Shown here in pieces: positions 22,892-35,326 of a stretch of 64,000 nt of DNA. The notes below the pieces were generated by a model. That model made no database searches. It was not told the origin of the DNA and saw only the letters and a program-made list of their open reading frames with translations. The translations under genes were made by a program, and so were the position numbers. Position 1 is the stretch's first letter; every line of letters starts with the position of its first letter. Location of the stretch: positions 1,178,001-1,242,000 of the forward strand of contig CM038999.1 in NCBI GenBank assembly GCA_017499595.2, in the 5' to 3' direction. This DNA comes from Psilocybe cubensis. Its lineage: Eukaryota.

Positions 22892-24665
22892 ATGCCATCG
22901 TTTACAACGCTACTTGAAGATACTTCGCCGTTACTTGTCTACTCGCAGGCGAACTGGCAGGCTGGAACCTCAAATGGAGATGCTTTATTCGACAAGTCAG
23001 TAAATTGTCTAAATTTTGTCAACATCTACAATAGTACGACAGTTAATTGTGCTAACCCCATACCACTTTTCGTTATCAGATACTCGGATGCATCTTTTAC
23101 TCTCTCTCAGACGAAGGGTTCTACTATGACTTTTGGGTTCAATGGAACTTCCATATCTGTTTATGGCGCTAAACGAGGCAACCATGGTCAATATAACGTC
23201 ACGGTTGATAATTTCGAACCAACAACAGGTAGTGGTGCTTCAGATACGGAAACGTTTCAGCAGCTGTTGTATAGCTCTGGAAATCTGAGGTCAGACTACC
23301 ATAATCTGACGCTGCTTAACGTCGACGGGAGATTTCTAGATGTGGATTTTGTGAGTGGCTTTTCAATGCCTTTCCTTTTGTTATTAAATTACACACTTGA
23401 CAAGATCACATTTACGACGAGCGTTGGTCGAGACGATGAAGACATGATCATCAACACTTTTCAAAATGGCCATCCTGCATTCTCTTATAATCCCTCCTCA
23501 TCATGGAAGACGCCGAGTCAAGTTGAAAGATTCATGGGTGGCTCAGGCCAGTGCGTGAAATCTTCATCTTGACAACGACGAGGCATAAACTAATCAGTGC
23601 CAAATCCAATCAGTGCTACAACAGAATCTGCTACAATGACGTTTACATTTCAAGTACGCCGACTTACTTGTACTTGAGATAGTCGTTAATATATCTGACC
23701 ATTCTCTATTTGTGTATCGTTCAGGGTCAATATTTATCTTATTTTATATTGCCTTTATCCAGCGTGTTGATCAAAGGCGATTAATATAGGGGATGCAATT
23801 GCCCTCTATGGTCCAGTTGGTCCTTCTGCGGCATCGTATACCGTCCAGATTGATGGTGGTTCCACGATGCTATACGCTGCAAACCGGGTAATTTACAGGT
23901 CCCAACAAGTGCTATATTTTGCCAGCAATCTGGGCACAGGTATACACACCCTTCAAGTTCAAACATCATCAGCATCCGGCGAATTTGCTGTTGATTACGC
24001 CACAGTATACACAACAAAATCTTTGGGAGGAAGGTGAACATTTACAACACAGGATTTTGCCGAATCGAATGTTGATTGTGTCTTGCAGTCTGCTAACCGA
24101 TTCTGCAGTGCCAGTCGGCAACAGTTCAACTACCCCCGGGGAAGCAAGGTGATTTGGACGAAGTGGTATTTTTTTTGACAAAAAAAACTCATCATCATCA
24201 AACTTCCTTTTTAGAGTACTTTATAAAACCCCGGTAATCGTTATCATAGGCTTGGCCGGAGTGTCCGCCATTCTTTTATTCATGATTTTGGGCTGCATCT
24301 TTCTTACAGTACGCCTGCGCCGTACACGAAGATCCATGGACAAGTTACTCAGAGTTGGCGTTCTGGATCCTGAACTCGAAGCCACTGTACAACCATTTCC
24401 GGTCGAGTATCATTCTGTCAGCAGTAGTCAAAGCTTACTTCCTCGAAGTGGTACACCAAGTAGTGGAATCACGCATGTCATGCAAGGCACCTCGACAGAT
24501 AATGTCAATGGAGGTTTTACAACTGTTGAGCTAATTGCTCCGGGAAGAGCGCTTGTTAGAGAGGCAAAGTTTCCAAATGGACATACACCTAATCCTAGTA
24601 TTGCTAGCTCGAGTTCATCACATCTAGCCGCGCCACCACGATATCAACCAATGGATCCTCGATGA
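22892..24665 (+). CDS. Single-pass membrane protein with two repeated beta-sandwich domains (paralog B)
   Basis: Collinear with paralog A (MPSFTTLLEDTSP vs MPTLSTTIEDTSP; GAKRGNHG vs GAKRNNHG; FLDVDF vs FLDIDF) and shares intron positions; TM VIVIIGLAGVSAILLFMILGCIFL; tail APPRYQP. Confidence 0.75.
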
Positions 24666-25382
24666 TATAGAAGGAAAAGTAGTCAACACTTGATTTATTG
24701 TCCTATTTTGTATTATTCCTAAACAAAATGTATGCCCCTTGGGCTGGCTGTAGCTTTAATGTTCAATCCAAAGATTGAAAAGTGTTAAACTGGTTGACAG
24801 TATGCCTATTATCACCAAACTTGATGGTCATACAACCTACACATGTAAGTCTAGACATATACCAAATGTCGAGGCGCAGTGAGGATAAAAACACTCTTTG
24901 GCTGTCAGGGTTACCTTTCAGATCTGAGTGTGTTTCTACTCTACAGTATCAAATACCACAGATTAGTACGTATGATAGAAAGCCAGCGGCTGGTGGTATA
25001 ACCCAATGCGGTTTTTGTTATATACATTTTTGCTACACTGTACACGGTGGAATCATCCATATACACCAAATATCTCGTGGTGGTGGTGATAATGAATTTT
25101 CCAAGGATGGTGATGATGGATGTTGTATAATCGCTACAATGCAATAGGGTATATTAATTGAGTGGTGGTGACGTGAGAATGAGTGAGTTGATGTTGCTGG
25201 AGGTATTCATATGTTTTCGCCTAGATATCTGCATATCACAAAACGGTGAACGAGGGTGATGAATTTCGATAGGCAAGGAATGCGCGGGGTTCCGGGAGGA
25301 CGCGCTCTGAGTTCCGTCGGGCCTGCGTGATCCGACGCCGAGCAAGCATAAGTTAAGAAAAGATCGAACCGCAAAACAAGAT

Positions 25383-26724
25383 TTAAGGCTCCAATTCTTC
25401 CAGCTGGATCATATCGGACTTGCTGAGCCTTCTCCGTCCTGCGTCACACCTGCGCAGATACTCTTTGGCTCGTTCTTGGAACAGCTCGCAACCATCGTAG
25501 AGGTCAGCTGGAAGCTTGTCTTTACGCTGGTCCCATGGTTTGACGTCGACGGACTCACAACGATCGAGACATACCATGATCATACCGAAGCTGTAAGCAT
25601 CCGCCAACAATGGATCCTTGCATTCTCCACGCAGAATTTCAGGCGCTGAAAAAGGTCTTGTTCCTGGATGAATTTGCTCATATTTCACTGAAGGTGGTTT
25701 CGGGGTTGATGTCGACTGCTTGCGCGCGATATAAGGGAAGGGATCCACGGGGTCATCATCGGGTGATTTGAAGACAGAATCTGCTGAGACAGAGCGGCCG
25801 AAATCAAGAAGCTTGATGGTATTTGTTCGCTTTGTGACTTGAATGTTCAATAACGAGAGGTCTCCGTGGCTCAGTCTGTATGAATGCAGATGACTGAGAC
25901 CGTCTAGCAGTTGGTTGTGATAATCTATCTTCTGCTTCGTCGTCAACTTTGGGCGCTCAATGATGACATCGTACAATGTTCGACCATCGATGTACGCCAA
26001 TACCATCCCAACATTCTCCAACGAACCCAAAAATGCACAAATATTCCTATGCCTTGCTACTGTCGTGTATACCCTCAACTCGGCAAGAAATTGCACGGTG
26101 ACATCAGAAGCGTTGGATTGCATCTCCCCGTTGATCTCAAGCTGGACAACGTCCGGCTTCTTCACAACGCATCGAAACAGCTCTGATGCCGACCCATGAG
26201 CAAAAGGTTGTAGGCTTGCGGTAGGATTCGGGGGGGCCGAGTAAGCTGTTGGCGTTGGGAACGAGAATATGGACGTGGGATGGCGAGGAGGGTTGTAGAT
26301 GGGTGAAGGAGGCGGGGACTCGCTTCTCTTGTGATCAGAGACATGGTGATGTAGATTGGGGTGCCTTTGTTGATGTTCGTCTACCCCGTGGTTGTACTGA
26401 TCATACACAGACGGTTTCTCGACGGCCGTCTCCTCCGATGATGAAAATGAGTTTACTGAATGCGAAGGTTGTGTTTCTTCTTCTTCGTCCATTTCCACTG
26501 TATCGAAGGCAAAAATGTGAGATCAAGTTCAATCTGACTGTATAATAGGACACACCCATCCACCAATTCTTCTTCGACGTCAATGTAACCCGCTTTACGT
26601 GCATCGCTTTGGGCGGACGAGGCACTGTGTGCGGTACTGTTGGTGTTCGGGATTCCGTCGGTGTTTCCAGCGCTTGAGCGCTGCTAAATCCCCTTGTAAA
26701 CGCAGGCCGTGAATTTTGGTGCAT
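25383..26724 (-). CDS. Divergent protein kinase-like protein
   Basis: VVKK, FLAELRVY..HRNI, HGDLSLLN, DFG, GTRPFSAPE, ADAYSFG motifs. Intron 26498-26555 joins KKNWWM to VEMDEE. The start at 26724 is uncertain. Confidence 0.75.
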
Positions 26725-28371
26725 ATTTGTGGACGTAAATGACTGGTTTGCACAAGCAGTGACGAGAGTAAGAAGAAAGATCGGAATTGCCAGAGTACGC
26801 TTTGGCCTTGGCAATTAGGAGGGCGCCTAATGGGGTAAGTCAGTGATGGCTTCTGGACATAGGGGCTTATTTGTTGCGACAATCTGCTCACCGTAGAAGA
26901 AACGGTACTTGCTGTAGCGGTGAATCTTTATTATGCTCTCGACGCTTCAGAAATATATACATCTTATACAGAGCGTAGATTTACTCCCGAAATATTGTCA
27001 AAATCACAGGCAAACTCCTCGGCTTCTACGTTCTCCAGGAAAATCATGACCTCGACCTTAAGGAGGCTTAAGAAAGTCAGGAAGCATTGCGTGTGAGGTA
27101 TCTAGAGATGTCTAGTTCATTGGAGATGGTCTGGACTGATGACCATGTGGTATATACTGCCTTCAGTTTGCACGTAGTCCTTTCAGCGCCGCGGGGCTTT
27201 CCCACTGCCACAGTGCAACAACAACTTGAACTGATAATCGACTTGAACTTGGAGAACGATTAGTCACTGGCTCCGCTAAAATTAATATCTGTCTTAGGCC
27301 CCGCCGACCAGTCAAGCCATAATACAATAATATCACGTCGATTGGTTACGAATTATGATATTTTGTAAAAGTACACATTGGTAAAAGCAGCGTTTTAACC
27401 GCGGGGAGACAATTTGAGTTGAAAACCAACCTAGTTACGTTTTAATTCCTACTTTGAAATGCCATATTTCTCGAATGTAGGGCAATTTTAAAGATGGTGG
27501 CAGCACTGGCAAAATTATATTGTGCCAGTTAAGTAGGTTACCAATACCATTTTACCCGTACTCCTTCACATAACGTTGCACGCATACTCAACCATGTAGA
27601 TTATCGCTCCTCAACCCAGCAAAATCCGCATTACAGCCGCATGTACGACTTCGTCTGCTTTACCCGGTAAATGTATTTATAGACCACACGCGTATGAAAG
27701 ATACGCAACGCCAAGGCTCAAAGACGTCCGAATAACCTGGCTGGCGATGACCTTCGCGCGAAAGTTCAACGCCACACTGTAAGAAGAATGCGAATTAGGT
27801 TTAGTTCAGAATTACGCATATGTAACTTTTCTACAGGCTGACATTACGGATGTACATGACTATACAACACGGTAGGTAAGTACTAGATTGTCATGTCAGG
27901 AGTCGTGAAACGTCAACGGGATGGATGATCTACTATCAACGGGGAGGGTGAGGGTGAATAAAAGGATAAAGAGGGTGTCGGGTGATTGGTGTATGCCCAT
28001 ACTACTAATGTGAAATAAAATTAAAACATGCAATGGGCGTGTAAGTTGGAAGGTGGGTATGATCCTATTCGATCCATTTCATAGCAGAATTAGGAGTCAA
28101 CAACAGAGCAAACAGGGTCCAGAGTCCGTGAGGATGGGTGGTAGGTAATAGCAAACAAATGTGGAAAAAAGGGACTGGAAAGGGTTTAGAACCAAAGAAC
28201 GTCTACAAATTAAATGTCACAGGTCAGAATGGCAAAAGTTCAGAAGAGTTCAAGGCAGAAACAATGCATGAATGCAGAAATAATGTTGACGATGCTGAGA
28301 GTGTAAGTATCGCGATCAGGAGGGTATCCAGGGACTTCGCAGTTGTGCCTTTTGGCGTAGGCTTCTTTTCA

Positions 28372-30990
28372 CTATAGTCCCGATGCCATCAAGATAGCGA
28401 CCCCGCAGCACAGGGCATACAGCCAACCAGAAGTCACATATGCAGAAACAGCCGAGTTTTTGGAGTCCTGGTTTGAGCTACCAGCGGCAGACGATCCTTG
28501 TACGATATTCGTCGGCGGCAGATCCGCGACGGTCAGCTTCTTCTGCTTCCCGATGGATCCGGATCCCAGCATGACCTGCTGTCCTACCGAGGGGACGCCG
28601 TTGACGACAACAAAAATGAACGCAGGGCCTGGAGCAATGATAGCTGGATTGGGAGGCAGTTGGGATACATGCAACACCCCCGTGTTGTTCGCCGCAAAGC
28701 CGGTGTATGATGAAGCCAACTCAACGTAACGTTGGCCCATATTCTGTACGCAAAAATAGAGGAGCACATTACCAGAATACATCAGCGTTGATGCTCCACG
28801 AAAGCACAGCAAAAGGCTTACCATGGCATGGGTTGAGAATCCAGTGCGAATAATAACCACCTTTGTTTTGTTGAGGTTTTGGACGTCCCCAAAGAGATCA
28901 TCCGAGTCGAGTACAACGTCGAACGAAGAGCCTCCATACGAGTATTGCGACAACAGTCCTTTAGGCTGTGGGCGCCTCTTGTTGTAGTAAGGGGGATAGA
29001 ATATCTCCGTTCGGTACTCTGTAGGATATTCAACATCCGGACCAACGGTATAATCGGGGTTGGGGTTCGATCCAGATACCATGACAGACCCTTTCAATGG
29101 ACAACAGAAAAATAATGTCAAGTTAATTCCAAGAATAATAGTGGACAATCACCTAGTCCAAAATTCAATGCTTACCGTCAGGTAACAGTGTGGCAGATGA
29201 GTGGTACATCCGGGGAACTGTGCTGGCTTGAAGGCCGTCTGATGACCACCTGGTACCGTTGGCAGCCTCTGGATCATAAATGGCAGGCGTTAACACGGGG
29301 CTAGTTGCGTATGAATGCCCGATTGCCCAGGAGTCATTGCCATACCCTGCAGTACCTAATTATCCATTACTTGGTAAATGACGGACAATATAAAGAGGTA
29401 CATAGCCTACCCATGCTTGCACCGTTAAGATTCAGTATCTTGCCGTCAGGGAGGGCAATAAAATTGGCCATTGAACGCGCAATTGGTAGGTCGTCATCTT
29501 GAACGTAGCTCCCTGAGATGTCAGGAGTAATCTTAACACAAGACGCAGATGCTGGATAGCTTGGAACAATGAAACTCTTTTGTGTCCATCTGGTTAGGAG
29601 CGTAACCGGAAATGCATATGCAAAGTCAAAAGTAATGAGCTAGACATATTAAATCGCAGCGATTATTTACTTACTGAGAGGGCTGAACATTCGATCCTCC
29701 ACAGAAAAGGATGGTTGCGGTATAGTTGTTGGCAGGGGTAAGAGGGAGCATAATGTTGCCGGCACTTGCAGGGTACACTCGGACAGCATCCGGAATGTCG
29801 TCCAGCGGCGTCTCGGTGTTTGATTTGTAGTCCAGGGTCACCGTAGCCCAGTTGGATTGTATTAGAAGAAGACCAGATGGGAGCAGCCATGTAAGAGGAA
29901 AGAGATTAGCGGGAAGGGTATTTTGAAGAATAGGAGAAAGTATGGGATCTCCTTTCGGAGGGAAGAACTCGTAAGTTGGGTTATCCTGGCGAGCATCGTT
30001 AACGTATCCTCCATTCCGACATCCACCCAGCTAATAATACCAGTCTGTGTTAGTTATGGCATCAAAGAGGGCGGAGTAACTCACAATGATGGCGCTACCA
30101 TCTTCCAGCGTTTCACTAAAGTAGGAGCGGGTTGTATGAGCCGTCCAAACTGTCAAAAATAACGACCTACACTGTAGGGTACCATCGCTGGTCAATCTGG
30201 TCCGGAGAAAGTACCCAATCACAGCTTTCGTCATCGCAGGGTGTTAACAATCTTCAAAATCGTTGATCAGTCTTCTGCATTCATCGATACGAACACGTTT
30301 AGATTTATACCTTATCCTATGACCAACGGATTCAGCCACACGTGTAAACGATGGTCTTAAAATAGCAACTCACGATTGTCTTCCGTCTGGATCGTCATAT
30401 GCACCTCCTCCCGTCTGACTCGCTGCTGGCTGGCCACCATAGGTGATTGCTTGATTTCCTCCAACGTTCAGCCATGTTCCATTACCCAGTACATTGCCAC
30501 CCTAGTAATCGAACTATGAAGATTGTGTGACCCTCAAACTTGGAAAGGAGAACATACGGCACAGAAGGTGTTCGTCAAGGCATCCATAGGTCGTTGATTA
30601 TTGGAGGAAAGTGCCCATTCTGCATTGGATAATTCAGCATGTATGCAATTTTGGCGCGTCCTAATTGCCATACCTGACGCCCAGGCAGGATGCCCATTGA
30701 TCTGTGTTGGGTTTCCTTCAACCTTGTCAACAAAGAAGACCTTGTCCGGGGTGGCAAGGAATATCTGGTTTCATTCACAGTATTAGCGAGAAAGAATAAG
30801 CGAAATAATTATATGTACGCACCTGTTGTGCGCTGACAAGACTGTTCCCAATAAGCTCGAACCCTCCAATCGTTCCTGTTCGCGTAGGCTGACCAGGAGC
30901 TGGCAGAGTAGTCGCCGACCCGCCAAGTACTCCTACTGCTGTTGAAAGTAAAGAAATCAAGAGCAAGGAAGAGGAAGGGAGGAGTCCCAT
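28372..30990 (-). CDS. Copper radical oxidase (CAZy AA5_1, glyoxal oxidase family), probably GPI-anchored
   Basis: Signal peptide; active-site motifs TNTFC|AGG (Cys), RWYPT (Tyr), RMYHSSA (Tyr, His), FSTHAM (His); SGSNPN; hydrophobic C-terminus after NSA. Confidence 0.92.
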
Positions 30991-32639
30991 GGTGGGCGTC
31001 GAGGAGAAAGGAGGTGGGAAGCGAGATTAGAGCGAGAAAAGTCGAGGAGAATTAATTTAAGAGAACCGTGATGTCAGTATTACGGTCTTCTGCCCTCTAG
31101 CTGTCACTGTAGAAGCCGTGTTGAGAGGCCGAGCTGAACGCAGCTAAGTACATCCACTCGGAATCGAAACAAATGCCTTCATGAACAGAAATGGTCAAAG
31201 TAGTGGGAACGGCGAGCATGTGCCGGTAATATTTATGTCATTGTTAGGATCTCAGATTTCCTGGGAAGGTTCAGTTTGCCCCACAGGACTGAGAAACTGA
31301 CTGGAGAAATCAGGAGAAATGCTGATCCCTGGCCCGCCGCATCAGAGTTGTCTGGCCTAGAAGACGTCTCCAGAAGTACACGAGTCTCTTCAACTTCAAG
31401 TCGTAAGAAGTAGAAGACAAGTACATTGAGTGGAGATTCCCGCTGACCGCTGAGCTGAGTCCAACAAGCCTTCACATTCCGCTAGCGTTGCAGGTCAATG
31501 CCATCGTTCAGCATTCCATTCAATATTGTCGTTCTTTGACAGTTACAACCGCTGGCTTGGCGTTCTGCCGAGATGATGGTCATTCATTCTCCGCTCCAAT
31601 GTATGATCTTGGCACTGTTCACCGTGCTTCCCGATTCGTTGGCAACGTCAAACTTCAAGAGAATGAATCCCCTTTCTTCTGTTCTTCCTTCGCCATCGTG
31701 GACTAAATCCCCTGCAAGCAAAGCCGGGCACCGCACACCCCGTATCACAAAAACATTTGCGCGCTAGAGGCAGTCTGATCGAGGCCAATAGAGTCTCAGG
31801 CACCGTCGTTCCGATAACATTTTTGACACGATCTCCTCTGGGAAACTGGGAACCGGAAGGGTCGGAATGCTTTTTCTTAGGAGATCGTTTCGTAGCGTCT
31901 CAACGGTGGGTGGACTTCGAAGTTCGAAGAGATATGGAACGCCACTGCTTGTCGACTCTCCGTTATTCCAGGTTAGCTCGCGATGTCACAGTTTCCGGAG
32001 ACGTTGGGAAAGTAACAGGCAATTTTGACGCATGTTCGCGCCACAAAAATGTCAGCACTGCTTTCTCGTAACACGCGACGAACTCGATGCATTCCCAGAT
32101 ATCTACTTTGATTGACTTTGACTTGAAGTCTTTGCACGGAAGGCGTCTATACTAACTTCATCATCTCACAAGCCAGCGCTGATCAAGTCATATGTATCGA
32201 TGGGCTCGACAACAGCTCAATGATTGATATTAAATTCTAGAGCTTTCCATTCACTCTTTAGCTCTCAATGCTATATCTCTCTATTGAACATAAGCAAGGA
32301 GAACGACAGTATAAGTGCTATGCGCTGCTTACGTACGGAAGTACCGACGATTGCAATATTCGACAGCTGCGATGGGTCCTGTATGCCCCATCTTTTCCGT
32401 CTGTGTTCCTTTATCATCCCGGCCCAAAAAATTTGGTACCTTGATAAGGCAGTGTCTATTTATTCTGAAGCGCTGGGCATGTATATATACCGTCTCTGCC
32501 AGTTCATGGTTATTGCCCCCTCCCTTCCTTCGATTTAGCGTTCCAACTATTCACTCGAAGCCACGAGGCTTCTTCTCACTGGTGGCCCCGTTAGAATCAC
32601 GCAAAGGCCGATTGGTTCCCTAAATCGCATCCTTCTCCG

Positions 32640-34292
32640 ATGTCTAGCATAGACAACCTTCCCAACGGAATCATATGCACACCGGAGCAATATGCGATCT
32701 CCACCAGCTTGTCGTCAATCCACACTACTTTGCACTGTTTAACGCGAGGGGAGAGCATCGGACTCACGGTAAGTATCTCAACCTTGAAAGCTAGATGTCA
32801 GCGTTTGGAGCGCATCAGAATGGTTCTTAAATTAATCCCGTGCATTGTATAGATTGTCTCTCAGGCGGGCATCATTTCGTTGGTCGCAGTTGTATATGTA
32901 TGGACAATTATCATTGTAAGTCAGCTGGATCAGTACTTGACTGATGAAGTGACCGCAGTCCTTCACAGCGAAATGTTATTAGATTGCACTTCAATAATAA
33001 ATCTTCGTTGGAGCGAGGTCGCATTTTCCAAGAGCCGACTGATCTCCTGATGGTAAGCATCTCGTCCTTTGATTTTGTTGGTTTGAACCGAGTATTGTTG
33101 TAGTTTTCACTATTTGCCGCCGATGTTCTGCAAGCCATTGGTGCCGTTATGGACGTGAAGTGGGTGCACGATGGCAGGGTGCAGATTGGCCGTTTCTGTG
33201 ATGCGCAAGGTTACTATCTGCCGAAGGCACCTCATCGAATTTGCCTGATCAAGTTTTTTAGGAATCGTGCAGCAACTTGGGGAAACAGGGGTTGCTATTG
33301 CAACACTCGTAAGCATCAGACTAATTTTTTTGCAAGTTCAAGAATATGTTAAATAGTACTATTGCAGACAATTGCGGCATATACCTTTGTCGGAGTATGG
33401 CTCGGGAAAGGTGTACGGTCATTGAGGGTGGCCACAGTAGTTGTATCGACTACCTGGCTTTTTGTGGTTCTGATAGTTATTCTTGGGAATACAGTTAATC
33501 GAGGAGCAGGAAAATCCAGATTTCAGGCCCCGACACCGGTGAGTTTGTTGCGCTTTATTTTTCATTATCAATATTTAGCTAGAGGGACGATCTTTCATTA
33601 CTTAGTATTGGTGTTGGATCAGCAAGGACTACCTACAGCTTCGAATATGGGGCGAATATTTCTGGTTTTGGGTCACTCTTCTTTTTTCGATTGTAGTCTA
33701 TGTCCCGTTATACTTGTGGAGTCGCGGCAACATTACATTCGACGATCACTCTTGGTGGAAGCTTCATTGGCATCGCGCAGATGAAAATACAGATCCCGCG
33801 CTCACGGGTATACGACGACGATCTTTGATTATGCTCCTGTAAGCTCTTCAACTCTTTCATCCATCCAACAAATTCTCTGACTTCAATTATTTACTCTTCC
33901 CTGGATCTTCGTTTTACAGGTATCCTTTGGTATACTGCATGCTAATACTTCCCCTAAGCGTTGTGCGTTGGATCGGATTTGTTCAAGAGCGAGGCGGAGG
34001 AGAGAATAAGATTTCAGCTACGGCTACACTAGCTGTAACTGCTATCTATGGCCTCAGCGGCGCGTCCAACGTAGTTTTGCTGCTCACAACACGACCGGAG
34101 TCTGTCCTCTTTGGGAAACATCCGTATGTGTCGGTTATGAGGGCACCGTCACCTGTGCTTTCGACGAATCATGATGAAAGGTCAGAGTCTGGGTATGAAT
34201 CAGGTCGACAGAGAGCTAGCAAGGATAGAAGTAGGGAAGCAGGGGAAGAGGAGGTAGAGGAAGTCGAGCTTGGCAGATTGCCTTCGAGGTAA
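32640..34292 (+). CDS. Git3/Gpr1-like G-protein-coupled receptor
   Basis: Spliced multi-TM protein with SLFAADVLQAIG..FCDAQG|IVQQLGETGVA, PTP|YWCWI, GEYFWFW, YPLVYCMLILPLSVVRW, GASNVVLLLTTRP. Confidence 0.8.
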
Positions 34293-35326
34293 CGACTGTG
34301 TTATAAATCGTATACCTCCTTTGTACTAGACAGCACTGTAACCAACTCTTTACACCTTTACACCTAGTCATATTTATAAACTATTACTCTTTATTGGGAT
34401 CTATTGTATTCAACTGTAGCTCTCGTTCAACCTTATAAGAGGAGGATACCATCTACCGGTAAGTCGGGCCTTTATGATCCATCGTGGGGCGCAGGTTATA
34501 TGATATATCAATAAAATACTCCGCTGTCTGCAGTCTCACCGAATGGCATTGTGGACAAGAAGCAGCTGATACATATCGAAGAATGGGAATTCTACACTTA
34601 ACAGTACCCGGTAGCAGCAGGAGACTTTTACGAACCATGAGACACACTTCCAGCTGAGGGCATGACGGCGTGTTTAGACATCATAACAGTTTGATCTGAG
34701 TTTATAATATTTACCCACGCTTGGGCCTTTTGTCTTTTATTTCTCTACTTCGCTTAGTTCTGTTGGTTCCTTACTGCCTAACTCATGGAGGTCTAGTTAC
34801 ACATTATCTTCCCTTGGTTGGACTAAGCTCATGGCGATGAAACAAAATCTCATTTGGCAACATTCGTTTTGACATGATGTTTCCATCGGGCCATCGTCCC
34901 GAACCTCCACGGGCGTTTTTCGGGTGTCAGAAGTGCATTCAACATCTACTTCGCCATGTAATGTGACTTCACAGAAGAATATTGTCTTTTCCATAACCCG
35001 TAGGAGGTCACCTTCCACTCCTTTGCAGATTAGCCGACTGTGTAGCTCGCGGCCGCCGACCTATCAAAGATCTTCCGGTGACCTTCTACTGGCAGGCTGT
35101 CCAAAAATACTTTGGCTAAACTGGAAATCAGAATGTTTGGGTATATCTGAGTTTCGTTCCTTCGTTCCTGTACTCGAATTCTGGGGTTCTTTGGATACTT
35201 GAAGAAGTTATTTCTATGTCATCGTTCTTCTGTCTACCTCCGAGAAAATGCCTTGGTGCATGTTATAAGACGCCAAATTCCCATCTTTGCTTTGCACTTT
35301 GGTCAACAATCACATAGTATAACAAA

